A stretch of 64,000 bases of DNA. Source: Candidatus Latescibacterota bacterium. GTDB lineage: Bacteria > Latescibacterota > UBA2968 > UBA8231. Of the stretch, positions 1-8,481 are shown one piece after another (within the stretch, counting starts at the first letter, position 1; each line of letters begins with the position of its first letter). Both the position numbers and the translations under genes were made by a program. The stretch lies in NCBI GenBank assembly GCA_965215195.1, contig CBDCDC010000002.1:4192001-4256000 (forward strand). Direction: 5' to 3'. The notes under the pieces were generated by a model, which made no database searches, was not told the DNA's origin, and saw nothing but the letters and a program-made list of their open reading frames with translations.

Positions 1-1510
1 GCCAGCGGTCGAAGCGCTCAACCCCGGCGCGAAGCAGCCGCGAGGACACCAGCGGAATTAGCGACAACGAGACGATCATCGACACCATCACGGCGAGGCA
101 TATCGCGATCCCGGCGTCCTTCATCCACGCGGCCGAGCGGCCATCGGAGAGGAAGAAGAAGGGCACGAAGACGCAGATCGTCGTCAGGGCCGAGGCTAGC
201 ACGGCCATGCCGACTTCGCGGCTGCCCACGTGAGCGGCCTCATCGGCGTCGAGCCCGTCTTCTTGACGGCGGCGGAAGATGCTTTCTAGCACCACTACCG
301 CCGGATCGACCAACATCCCCACCGCCAGCATCAGCCCCATCATCGAGACCATATTGAGGGTGATGGTTGATTCAAAAACCTCGCGGGCGACGTACATGCC
401 GATAAAGACGCACAGCGCCGAGGTGGGGATGGCGAGGGCGATGACGATGGTCGAGCGGATGTTGCGCAGGAAGAGGAAGATGATAGTCATCGCCAAAAAC
501 GCGCCCAGCAGGGCCGAGTTGACGAGCATACCCGCTTCTTTGAGCACGGCCTCGGCGCGATTGCGGTCGATGAAAATTCCGAGTTCGCCATCGTATTCGT
601 CCTCAATCGCCTGTAACTCGGCGACGACGGCCTCGCCGACATCGACGACATTGGCGGTGGAGGCTTTGAAAATTTCTAGCTCCAGCGCATCGGTGCCGTT
701 GAGCCGCTCGTAGCGGCGCTTTTCGGGGTAGCCGTAGTTGATCTCGCCGATGTCGCTGAGGCGGAACTGACCGCCCATAAGCGGCATGGAGGCAATTTCC
801 TCAGCGCGGGTGAACTCGCCGATGGCGCGGGCCATGTAGCGCTGGTCGCCGTCCATGACCCGACCCAGCGAGATGTTGGTGTTGTTCTCGTTGAGCTGCC
901 AGCCGAGCGAGCCCAGCGATATGTTGTGGGTCTGCAAGCGCTCCTGGTCCAGCTCGACGATGAGCTGTTTTTCCTCAAAGTCGTCGATGACCACGTTGAC
1001 GACGCCATTGAGCCGCAACAGCCGTGGCTCAATGACCTTCTGGATTAGGTCGAGCAGGCGGTCGCCGTCGCCGCGCCACGCCAGATTGGCGTCTATAATG
1101 GCGCGCTGGTCGGACTGCCAGCGGCGCAGGCTGACGCGATCGACGTCTGAGGGCAGGAGGGCGCGGGCTTGGTCGAGTTTTTCGCGCATTTCCATGTTGG
1201 CCAAGTCCATGTCGGTGCCGGCCTTGAAGTCAACGCGCACCTCGCCCTGATTGCGCCCCGAGCTCGAACTGATGCGGTCGATGTTGTTGAGTGTGCCCAG
1301 CGTCTGCTCCAGCGGCAGGACTACCAAGCGCTCGATCTCTTCGGGGGAGTTGTTGTTGTACTGGACGCGGGCCGTGATCCCAGAAGAGGAAATGCTCGGC
1401 AACTGCTCTATGGGCAGGCGGTCTAAGGCGACCACACCTACTACCAAGGCGCAGACGGTAATCATCAACGTGGTCACGGGCCGTTTGAGCGAAAATTCCG
1501 ACAGGTTCAT
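1..1510 (-). CDS. RND efflux permease (AcrB/AcrD/AcrF family), runs off the window start
   Basis: ATG at 1510 with GGAGG upstream on the minus strand; MNLSEFSLKRPVTTLMITVCALVVGVVALDRLPIEQLP, later GMLVDPAVVVLESIFRRRQ; paralog of the adjacent permease. Confidence 0.9.
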   Translation of the reverse strand, partial: MNLSEFSLKRPVTTLMITVCALVVGVVALDRLPIEQLPSISSSGITARVQYNNNSPEEIERLVVLPLEQTLGTLNNIDRISSSSGRNQGEVRVDFKAGTDMDLANMEMREKLDQARALLPSDVDRVSLRRWQSDQRAIIDANLAWRGDGDRLLDLIQKVIEPRLLRLNGVVNVVIDDFEEKQLIVELDQERLQTHNISLGSLGWQLNENNTNISLGRVMDGDQRYMARAIGEFTRAEEIASMPLMGGQFRLSDIGEINYGYPEKRRYERLNGTDALELEIFKASTANVVDVGEAVVAELQAIEDEYDGELGIFIDRNRAEAVLKEAGMLVNSALLGAFLAMTIIFLFLRNIRSTIVIALAIPTSALCVFIGMYVAREVFESTITLNMVSMMGLMLAVGMLVDPAVVVLESIFRRRQEDGLDADEAAHVGSREVGMAVLASALTTICVFVPFFFLSDGRSAAWMKDAGIAICLAVMVSMIVSLSLIPLVSSRLLRAGVERFDRW

Positions 1511-1520
1511 AACCAACCTC

Positions 1521-4500
1521 CTAAGTGCTGCGATCCATCAGGGTATAGACCACGGGAATGAGCACCAAGGTCAGCAGGGTGGATACCAACAGCCCGCCGA
1601 TGACGGTAATGGCCATGGGTGCGCGGATCTCGGCCCCCTCGCCCAGCCCCAAGGCCATGGGCAACAGCCCGAGAGCGGTGGTTGAGGTCGTCATCAGAAT
1701 GGGCCGGAAGCGCACCTCGCCAGCGCGCAACACCGCGGCGAATTTTTCCATGCCCTCGTCGCGGCGCAGGCGGTTGATGTAATCGACGAGCACGATGGCG
1801 TTGTTGACGACGATGCCAGCGAGCATGATCAGGCCAATGAGCACTACTACGCTGATGGTGGTGCCGGTCGCGAGCAGGCCGAGGGCGCTGCCGATCAGGC
1901 CGAGGGGGATGGTGAACATGATGACCAGCGGGTGCAACAGCGATTCAAATTGCGAGGCCATCACCAGATAGACCAAGAATACGGCCAATAGCAGGGCGAA
2001 TTTCATGCTGTCAAAGGAGCGCACCATTTCCTCGTTCTGGCCGCCGATCGACACGGTGAAGCCCTCGGGCAGGGGCAAGTCGGCGAGGGTGGTTTCGATC
2101 TCCTCTGCTACGCCGCCGAGGTCGCGCCCATCGAGGTTGGCCGAGATGACCGCGACGCGCTCTTGGTCGAGGCGGCGGATCTCGGCGGGGCCGTCCACGG
2201 CTTGCACGTCGGCGACCGATTCGAGCGCGACCGGCACCGGGTAGGAGGCCGGGCTGACGACCATCTGCTTGAGGTCGGCGACGGTCTGGCGCTCCTCCTC
2301 GAGCGAGCGGACCCGGATATCGACCTTGCGGTCGCGGCGCGCCAGCTCGGTGGCCACGTCGCCTTGCAGTTTGTTGCGCAACAGCTCGCCGATATTCTGC
2401 ACGGTAGTGCCCAACTCGGCGACGCGCCGGCGGTCGAAGAAAATTTGGATTTCGGGTTGGCCGCCGGCCGTGCTCGAGCGGATGTCGGTCAGCCCGGGAA
2501 TGGTGTGCATGCGCTCGACCGCTTCGTCGGCCAACAGATCGAGGGTGCTTAGACTGTAGCCGCTGATTTCCACCTCTATCGGGGTGCGGAAGGAAAAATA
2601 CGTCGGCCGCGAGAATTTGAACTTCAGTTCGGGGATGCGCCCGAGGAGGCCGCGCACCGCTTCGATGGCTGCGTCTTCGCCGACTTCCGGCGCGAGCCGC
2701 ACGTGGAGGTGAGCGGTGTGTTCCTTTTTATCCGCGGCCGTGCCGCCGGCTTGGGCACTGCTGCCGACGAGGGCAAAGACCGAGGCGATGCCATCGAGAC
2801 TGCGGACCTGCCGGTCAATGGCGGCGACTTGGGCGGCGGTCTGCTCCAGCGGGGTGCCAGCGCGCCATTCCAAATCCACGAGGAATTCGCCCTGGCTCAT
2901 CTCTGGGATCAGCTCTAGCCCGAGGCCGCGCGCCCGCTCGAAAACCAAGGCCCCCAGCGCGATAAAGACGGCGAGGACCAGCAAGCGGCGGCCCAGTGCC
3001 CAGCGCAAAAGGAGCGGATACGCTTTGTTGAGCGCGTTGAAGACGAGGTCGAACAGCCAGTACAGGGGAAAAAGCAGGGTGGAGAAGACGCGACCGATGC
3101 CGCGCGCTAGGGCGCGGATCAGCCGAATGAGCAGCGCGGGGCCTTGGAGTCCGCGTTTGGGACCGATCTCTTCCCGCTCGGCAATCATGCGCTCGAGGCT
3201 CAGCGACGAGAGCATGGGGATTAGCATCAAGGCGACCACGAGGGAGGCGACCAGCGAATAGGTGACGGTCAGGGCCTGATCGCGGAAGAGCTGGCCGGCA
3301 ACGCCCTCGACGAAGACGATGGGCAAAAACACGCAGATGGTGGTGGTGGTGGCGGCGATGACGGCGCGGCCGACCTCGCTGGCACCGCGCACGGCCGCGG
3401 CTAAGACATTGAGCCCTTGGTCGCGGTAGCGCTGCACGCTTTCCAAGACCACAATGGAGTTGTCAACCAGCATTCCGACTCCCAAAGCCAGCCCGCCCAG
3501 CGACATGATGTTGAGGCTCACGTCCGAGCCGAACATCAGGAAAAAGGTCGCCACCACCGAGAGGGGGATCGAGAGGCCGATGATGGCCGTACTTTTGAGG
3601 TCGCGGAGGAAGAGGAAGAGCACGATGACGGCGAGGATGCCGCCGAGGATGGCGGTGTTGAGTACCTCGTCGACGGCCTGCTGGATAAAGGTCGCCTGAT
3701 TGAAGACCACTTCCATGCCGCTGTCTTGGAGTAGCGTGACATTCTCGGCGAGAAATTCGTCCAAGCGTTCTTGGACCGCGGTGCTGACTTGAACGGTGTT
3801 GGCGTCGCCCTCCTTGAAGACCGAGACCTCGACGCCCTCGCGCCCATTGATGCGGGTGACGAGGTCGCGCTCGCGGTGGCCGCGGAAGACGCGACCCACG
3901 TCCTTGAGCTTGATCGGCGCACGGTCGATCTGACCGACGACGATTTCGCCTATTTCGTCAATGCCTTGGAACTCGTTGAGGGTGCGGACGAGGAACTCGG
4001 CCTCGCCATCCTTGAGCATCCCGCCGGTCAGGTTGACGTTTTCCGCGGCGAGGCGACTGGTGACTTGGCTAATGGAGATGCCGAGGTAGGCGAGGCGCTG
4101 GGCTTCGACCTCGACTTGAATTTCTTCTTCTAGGCCGCCGTTGATTCGGACCGCGGCTACGCCTTCGAGGCTTTCGAGGTCGGGACGCAGCCGCTCTTCG
4201 GCGACGCGCCGCATCTCCATCAGGCTCAACTTGCCGTAAAACGCCAAGCGCATTATGGGGTCGAGTGAGGGGTCGAAGCGCAAGAGGATGGGCTTGCTGG
4301 CGTCGCGCGGGAGGTTGGACAAATCGAGCTTTTCGCGGATGTCGAGCGAAGCAAAGTCCATGTTGGTGCCCCAGCCGAACTCTACTACCACATCGGAGAT
4401 GCCCGGCCGCGAAATCGACGAGACGCGGACCACGTTGCTGACCACGCCGACCAAGCCCTCGACCGGCTCGGAAATGAGGCGCTCGATTTCGAGGGGTGCC

Positions 4501-4661
4501 ACGCCCTCGTATTCGGTGCGGACGGTGATGGTGGGATAGGTGATGTCCGGGAGGAGGTTGACTGCGAGGCGCGAAAAACCCACGCCGCCAAAGGCGATGA
4601 TCGCCACCATCAGCATCGCCACTGTGACGCGGCGGCGAGTGGAAAACTCGACTAGTTTCAC
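1521..4661 (-). CDS. RND efflux permease (AcrB/AcrD/AcrF family)
   Basis: 1046 aa; GMLVDNSIVVLE, GIVVNNAIVLVD, RFRPILMTT motifs. Confidence 0.95.
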   Translation of the reverse strand: MKLVEFSTRRRVTVAMLMVAIIAFGGVGFSRLAVNLLPDITYPTITVRTEYEGVAPLEIERLISEPVEGLVGVVSNVVRVSSISRPGISDVVVEFGWGTNMDFASLDIREKLDLSNLPRDASKPILLRFDPSLDPIMRLAFYGKLSLMEMRRVAEERLRPDLESLEGVAAVRINGGLEEEIQVEVEAQRLAYLGISISQVTSRLAAENVNLTGGMLKDGEAEFLVRTLNEFQGIDEIGEIVVGQIDRAPIKLKDVGRVFRGHRERDLVTRINGREGVEVSVFKEGDANTVQVSTAVQERLDEFLAENVTLLQDSGMEVVFNQATFIQQAVDEVLNTAILGGILAVIVLFLFLRDLKSTAIIGLSIPLSVVATFFLMFGSDVSLNIMSLGGLALGVGMLVDNSIVVLESVQRYRDQGLNVLAAAVRGASEVGRAVIAATTTTICVFLPIVFVEGVAGQLFRDQALTVTYSLVASLVVALMLIPMLSSLSLERMIAEREEIGPKRGLQGPALLIRLIRALARGIGRVFSTLLFPLYWLFDLVFNALNKAYPLLLRWALGRRLLVLAVFIALGALVFERARGLGLELIPEMSQGEFLVDLEWRAGTPLEQTAAQVAAIDRQVRSLDGIASVFALVGSSAQAGGTAADKKEHTAHLHVRLAPEVGEDAAIEAVRGLLGRIPELKFKFSRPTYFSFRTPIEVEISGYSLSTLDLLADEAVERMHTIPGLTDIRSSTAGGQPEIQIFFDRRRVAELGTTVQNIGELLRNKLQGDVATELARRDRKVDIRVRSLEEERQTVADLKQMVVSPASYPVPVALESVADVQAVDGPAEIRRLDQERVAVISANLDGRDLGGVAEEIETTLADLPLPEGFTVSIGGQNEEMVRSFDSMKFALLLAVFLVYLVMASQFESLLHPLVIMFTIPLGLIGSALGLLATGTTISVVVLIGLIMLAGIVVNNAIVLVDYINRLRRDEGMEKFAAVLRAGEVRFRPILMTTSTTALGLLPMALGLGEGAEIRAPMAITVIGGLLVSTLLTLVLIPVVYTLMDRST

Positions 4662-5944
4662 TCGCCCCTACCTTGCCAGCGCCGCGGTGGCGACCCGCCG
4701 CCCTGCTCGCGCAGTGCGCGCAGAACTTGGCGCAAGCTGTCGGGCAGGGGCTTGCCCGCACGGCGGTACTCGGCTATGACTTGGCGCAAGCTGTCGGGCA
4801 GGCCGCCCGGCCCGCCGCCCCTAGCCCCGGGCGGGCGGGCGCCTTCGCTTGGGGATGCGGCCAATTCCGCCGGAGCCGGTAGGCCCTCGCCGGCCAAGCG
4901 CACAGCCGCACCGTCCTTGAGGCCCTCGTGGCCAATGGTCACTACTTGGTCGCCTTCTTTGAGGCCAGAGACAATCTCGACTTGATCGCCCTCGACAAAG
5001 CCCAACTCCACGGCGACCCGCCGAACGGTGCCGTCCTCGATGAGGAAGACGTCGTCCTCGTCGGTTTCGAGGACTAGGGCCTTCTTGGGGATGATCAAGG
5101 TGTGGGGCCGCCGCTCGGTAATAATGCGCACCGTGGCGAACATCCCCGGTTTGAGGACGCCGGCACTGGCGACTTCGAGGGTGACCTTGACGGTGCCGCT
5201 GGCGGGATTGACCTCTGGATTAATCATGCGGATGCGGCCGCGGAAGCTCGTGTCGGGCAGGGCCTCAACCGCGATGGTCGCCTCTTGGCCGGGGTGCAAC
5301 TGGTACATGCGCTGCTCGGGCGCGAAAATTTTCACCAGCAGCGGGCTGAGGTCGGCGATGACAAAGACTTCTTGGTTGCTGCGAACTAGGTCGCCCAGTT
5401 CGACCAACCGCTCGGTGACAACGCCTGCAATCGGCGCGGCAATGTTCGCGTACGTGAGATTGAGCTGGGCTCCTTCGAGGGTCAACTTGGCATTGTCCAA
5501 GCGGAGGCGGGCCGTCTCGTATTCGGATTGGCTGACCATGCTGCGCTCGTGCAGCGCCTTGATGCGGTCGTAGTTGGTGCTGGCGTCGGCAAGAGCCTCT
5601 TCGGCTTGACGCCAGTTCAGGCTCAATTCGTCCTTGTTGAGGCGGACCATCGCTTGCCCTTGATGCACTCGGTCGCCCTCTTCGGCCGCTAGCTCCTCGA
5701 CTAGGCCAGTCGTGCGCGCCAAGACGCTGACTCGGCGCTCGGCTTCGAGGCGGGAATACGTCTCGATGTAGGCATTCATGTCGCCGCGAGTGACCTTTTC
5801 GCCTTTGACCGGAATGGCCGCTGCTTCGCGCCCGCCCCAACCGCCGCGCCCGTAGCTGGCGGGTTGCTGTGCTTCCTCCTCGCCGCAGCCTAGCGCGAGG
5901 AGCAAGACGCTGCCGATGGACAGCGCAGATTGGCGAGCGGTCAT
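4658..5944 (-). CDS. RND periplasmic adaptor (membrane fusion protein), lipoprotein
   Basis: Lipobox ALGC; IAAPIAGVV, LKPGMFATV, GLKEGDQVV; overlaps the permease start by 4 bp. Confidence 0.93.
   Translation of the reverse strand: MTARQSALSIGSVLLLALGCGEEEAQQPASYGRGGWGGREAAAIPVKGEKVTRGDMNAYIETYSRLEAERRVSVLARTTGLVEELAAEEGDRVHQGQAMVRLNKDELSLNWRQAEEALADASTNYDRIKALHERSMVSQSEYETARLRLDNAKLTLEGAQLNLTYANIAAPIAGVVTERLVELGDLVRSNQEVFVIADLSPLLVKIFAPEQRMYQLHPGQEATIAVEALPDTSFRGRIRMINPEVNPASGTVKVTLEVASAGVLKPGMFATVRIITERRPHTLIIPKKALVLETDEDDVFLIEDGTVRRVAVELGFVEGDQVEIVSGLKEGDQVVTIGHEGLKDGAAVRLAGEGLPAPAELAASPSEGARPPGARGGGPGGLPDSLRQVIAEYRRAGKPLPDSLRQVLRALREQGGGSPPRRWQGRGE
4725..4802. repeat. 24-bp exact direct repeat encoding LPDSLRQV twice in the adaptor C-terminal tail
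   Basis: acttggcgcaagctgtcgggcagg at 4725-4748 and 4779-4802. Confidence 0.9.
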
Positions 5945-6011
5945 CTGGAGCAGGCCCTAGTTGTGTGTGTTTTGTCCACGGGGTTCCTTTCTTTTGCGGG
6001 GTCGTCAAGAG

Positions 6012-6040
6012 AGTATAGAGGAGGCTTCGATCCTTGTCAA
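6012..6040 (-). promoter_or_regulatory. sigma70-type promoter of the RND operon
   Basis: Minus strand TTGACA (6040-6035), 17-bp spacer, TATACT (6017-6012). Confidence 0.8.
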
Positions 6041-6064
6041 TAAAACTGACTGGTCAGTTTTATT
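6039..6064. promoter_or_regulatory. Palindromic operator (TetR/AcrR-like) abutting the -35 box
   Basis: AATAAAACTGAC-TG-GTCAGTTTTATT, perfect 12-bp arms. Confidence 0.7.
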
Positions 6065-6149
6065 TAGCTATACTATCCATTAGACCATCGCTTGATTCTA
6101 TTCATTCCCGTGCGTTTCATTTTTTTGCCGCTGCCGCACGATGGCAGGG

Positions 6150-6313
6150 TACACGACTGCGCCGGGCGTAGTATCTAGTCGGGGATTCACTTAGGCGGGG
6201 TGTTGGGGAAGACCGGGATGACCTACGACAAACTCGCCGGTTTTTGCTTGGAGACCCAACACTACAACCAACCGAGCTTTCCGTCGGTGGTGTTGCGGCT
6301 TGGGGTGCGCTAG
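6150..6313 (+). pseudogene. galM: Decayed C-terminal fragment of aldose 1-epimerase
   Basis: YTTAPGV, then frameshift/stop, then SGIHLGGVLGKTGMTYDKLAGFCLETQHYNQPSFPSVVLRLG*; resembles the GalM motif GFCLETQHFPDSPNQPxFPSxVLRPG with PDSP missing. Confidence 0.75.
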
Positions 6314-6345
6314 CGGTCGGTGACGGGGTATAGGTTTTTGGTGAC

Positions 6346-7665
6346 TTAGGGCTGCTTTTCCAAGGCCGCCAACCGCTCTGCCAAGTCCGTAGGGACGGCG
6401 AATATCATGGGTCGGCCCTTTTTGACCATTTCGAGGACGCCGCGTTCTACGAGGTCCAACAAATCGGTTCGCGCTGTCTGGTGGACGACGGCGTGGCTTT
6501 GTTGGTGGCTGGCGATGGTATAGCGTTGTCCTGGATTGCTCAGGGCGTGGCGGATGAGTGCGACCTGCCGGTGGTTGAACAGCGCAAGTGCTTGGATATC
6601 CTGCTCTGCTTGGCGCAGTTGAGCCGCTTTTCTCTCGATGTAGCGGTGTAACTCACCTATAGCTTGGGCAATCACCTCGGTCTGGGCAACCAAAAAGTAG
6701 GTCAAGTCGTTGTCGTCCGTCTCGGTGTACAAAAACGAACGGCCGTATTTCACCGGTGCCTTGCGCAGAATAGTAGAAATCGAAATAAACTCGAAGAGCC
6801 AATAGCCGCTCCGCAGCATGGACCAGTAGAAAAGCGCCCTTGCGGTCCGCCCGTTGCCATCGACAAATGGATGGTCGTAAGCCAACCAGAAGTGCAAAAT
6901 TATGGCCCGCACAGTCGGGTGAATGAAGTGGCTAGGCGTTTCGCCATTGGCAAAATCACACATGGCGTTCATCCGCTCCGCCAGTTCACCAGCGGACGGC
7001 GGGTCGTGAAAAATTTGGCCGGAATCATCGCCGACGACGCATCGCTCATCGGGCCTGCGGAAGCGACCTGCTGCTAGGGTATCGGCGGTGATTAGACGGT
7101 GGATCTCCAACACAAGCTCCGGCGAGAGAGCCGAGGATTTTAACTCCCGGATGCGCTGCATAGTCAGATAGTTGTTCAAGATCATCTGCTCACTCGTATC
7201 GTGCGGGCGGCGGCCCGTGCGGATCATATCTTTGGCTACCTCGCGCGTAGTCGCCGCACCTTCGAGCTGACTCGAAGTGATGGCTTCTTCCATCAGTGAA
7301 CGCACCAAATAGCGGTCGCGAGTCTGAGGATTGACAATGGGTTCCGGTATGCTCACCAGCCCGCCCGTGCCCAAATCAATCTGGTGTAACTCCTGCAAGA
7401 CTCCCTCTGGCACGGCAAACTGGAACGGCCTTCCTTCCTTGTCTTTGAGGCTGATCGGTTGCAGCGCGTTGATGCGAAATATCTTCAATGCCAGCCACCA
7501 CTCGCGGTGGGAAAAGTTCTCAGGCGGCGGGCGATACCGGACTTTATCCCAATGCAGGTAGTGTCCAGCGCCAGTCCGCATACGGCGGGCAAGCTGAAGC
7601 ATCCGCTCTGGCGAGACTTCGGCTATCAGGTCTTCGAGCTTGGGAGGGGACTGAGGGAGATTCAT
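6346..7665 (-). CDS. Fic family protein with C-terminal HTH
   Basis: HPFVDGNGRTAR Fic motif; N-terminal SSQLEG inhibitory motif; C-terminal QTARTDLLDLVERGVL; likely start ATG 7665 (the longer ORF from 7749 runs through AT-rich operator DNA). Confidence 0.92.
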   Translation of the reverse strand: MNLPQSPPKLEDLIAEVSPERMLQLARRMRTGAGHYLHWDKVRYRPPPENFSHREWWLALKIFRINALQPISLKDKEGRPFQFAVPEGVLQELHQIDLGTGGLVSIPEPIVNPQTRDRYLVRSLMEEAITSSQLEGAATTREVAKDMIRTGRRPHDTSEQMILNNYLTMQRIRELKSSALSPELVLEIHRLITADTLAAGRFRRPDERCVVGDDSGQIFHDPPSAGELAERMNAMCDFANGETPSHFIHPTVRAIILHFWLAYDHPFVDGNGRTARALFYWSMLRSGYWLFEFISISTILRKAPVKYGRSFLYTETDDNDLTYFLVAQTEVIAQAIGELHRYIERKAAQLRQAEQDIQALALFNHRQVALIRHALSNPGQRYTIASHQQSHAVVHQTARTDLLDLVERGVLEMVKKGRPMIFAVPTDLAERLAALEKQP

Positions 7666-7696
7666 GGAAAAGTCAATTAAGGAACAGGTTAATACT

Positions 7697-7779
7697 AATG
7701 AATTACTAATTAATACTAAATTAGTAATAAGAAAAGAGAGCAATGTCAATGAATTACTAATTAATACTAAATTAGTAAT
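7697..7779. repeat. Duplicated 32-bp AT-rich element, each copy containing ATTACTAAT-N9-ATTAGTAAT
   Basis: aatgaattactaattaatactaaattagtaat at 7697-7728 and 7748-7779; minus-strand TTGACA at 7749-7744. Confidence 0.9.
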
Positions 7780-7835
7780 TAAACTCCCGCGATTGAGCGT
7801 ATTCGTCGACGTTGCAATCCGCGTCCCGTTCGCTT

Positions 7836-7864
7836 TTGCAGGCCGCAGCCACAGCCCCTATAAT
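7836..7864 (+). promoter_or_regulatory. sigma70-type promoter of the DUF151 gene
   Basis: TTGCAG, 17-bp spacer, TATAAT; CAGGAG RBS before ATG 7911. Confidence 0.6.
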
Positions 7865-7910
7865 TGGGCCGTGTGCAAAAAACCCAACACCGCAAAACAG
7901 GAGCGATGTC

Positions 7911-8378
7911 ATGCAACAGCTCCTCGTGGCCTTGGCGGCCCTTGCGCTGGCCGCCTGTGGCCGAGAACCCCCCGCTGATCTCATCCCCGCCCGAATTGTC
8001 GATGTGCGCGACTTCGGTGCCGATGGGGTGGCCGTCGTGCTCAAAGGGGACGACGTGCCGCCGTTGCCCATCATCATCGGCCACTGCGAGGCGCGGGCGT
8101 TGGTCGGGGCCATGCGGGACGAAGATTTCCCGCGCCCGCTCGCGTACGATCTGTTGGAAGCGATGCTGGAGAAGCTGCAAGGCGAGGTGATGCACCTCGT
8201 CGTCCACAGCATTGAGGACAACACCTTTCACGCCAACTTGTACATTGAGACCGCGGCTGGCGAGTGGGTGCTCGACTGCCGGCCCAGCGACGGCATGGTG
8301 CTGGTGACGCGCCTCGGAGCACCCATCTACTTGCGGCCGCGGCTTTTTGAACCCAAAGACCTAAGCCCACAGGTATAA
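7911..8378 (+). CDS. Bifunctional nuclease (DUF151) family protein with lipoprotein signal
   Basis: LPIIIGHCEA, PRPLAYDL, DCRPSDG motifs; N-terminus MQQLLVALAALALAAC. Confidence 0.8.
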   Translation: MQQLLVALAALALAACGREPPADLIPARIVDVRDFGADGVAVVLKGDDVPPLPIIIGHCEARALVGAMRDEDFPRPLAYDLLEAMLEKLQGEVMHLVVHSIEDNTFHANLYIETAAGEWVLDCRPSDGMVLVTRLGAPIYLRPRLFEPKDLSPQV

Positions 8379-8481
8379 TCAACGTGGTCAGTGGTCAGTC
8401 CCTGCCTCGCTCTAGGGGGTGGAACTAAGCACTGACTGCTGGCCATTCCACTAGCTAACCACCAACCGCGAGGAGGGTGCC

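Noticed and set aside
7666-7749. N-terminal extension of the Fic ORF
   Set aside because: It is a translation of the AT-rich operator repeats; ATG 7665 is the plausible start.
7697-7779. CRISPR mini-array
   Set aside because: Only two copies with a 19-bp gap, extremely AT-rich, and no cas genes; fits an operator better.
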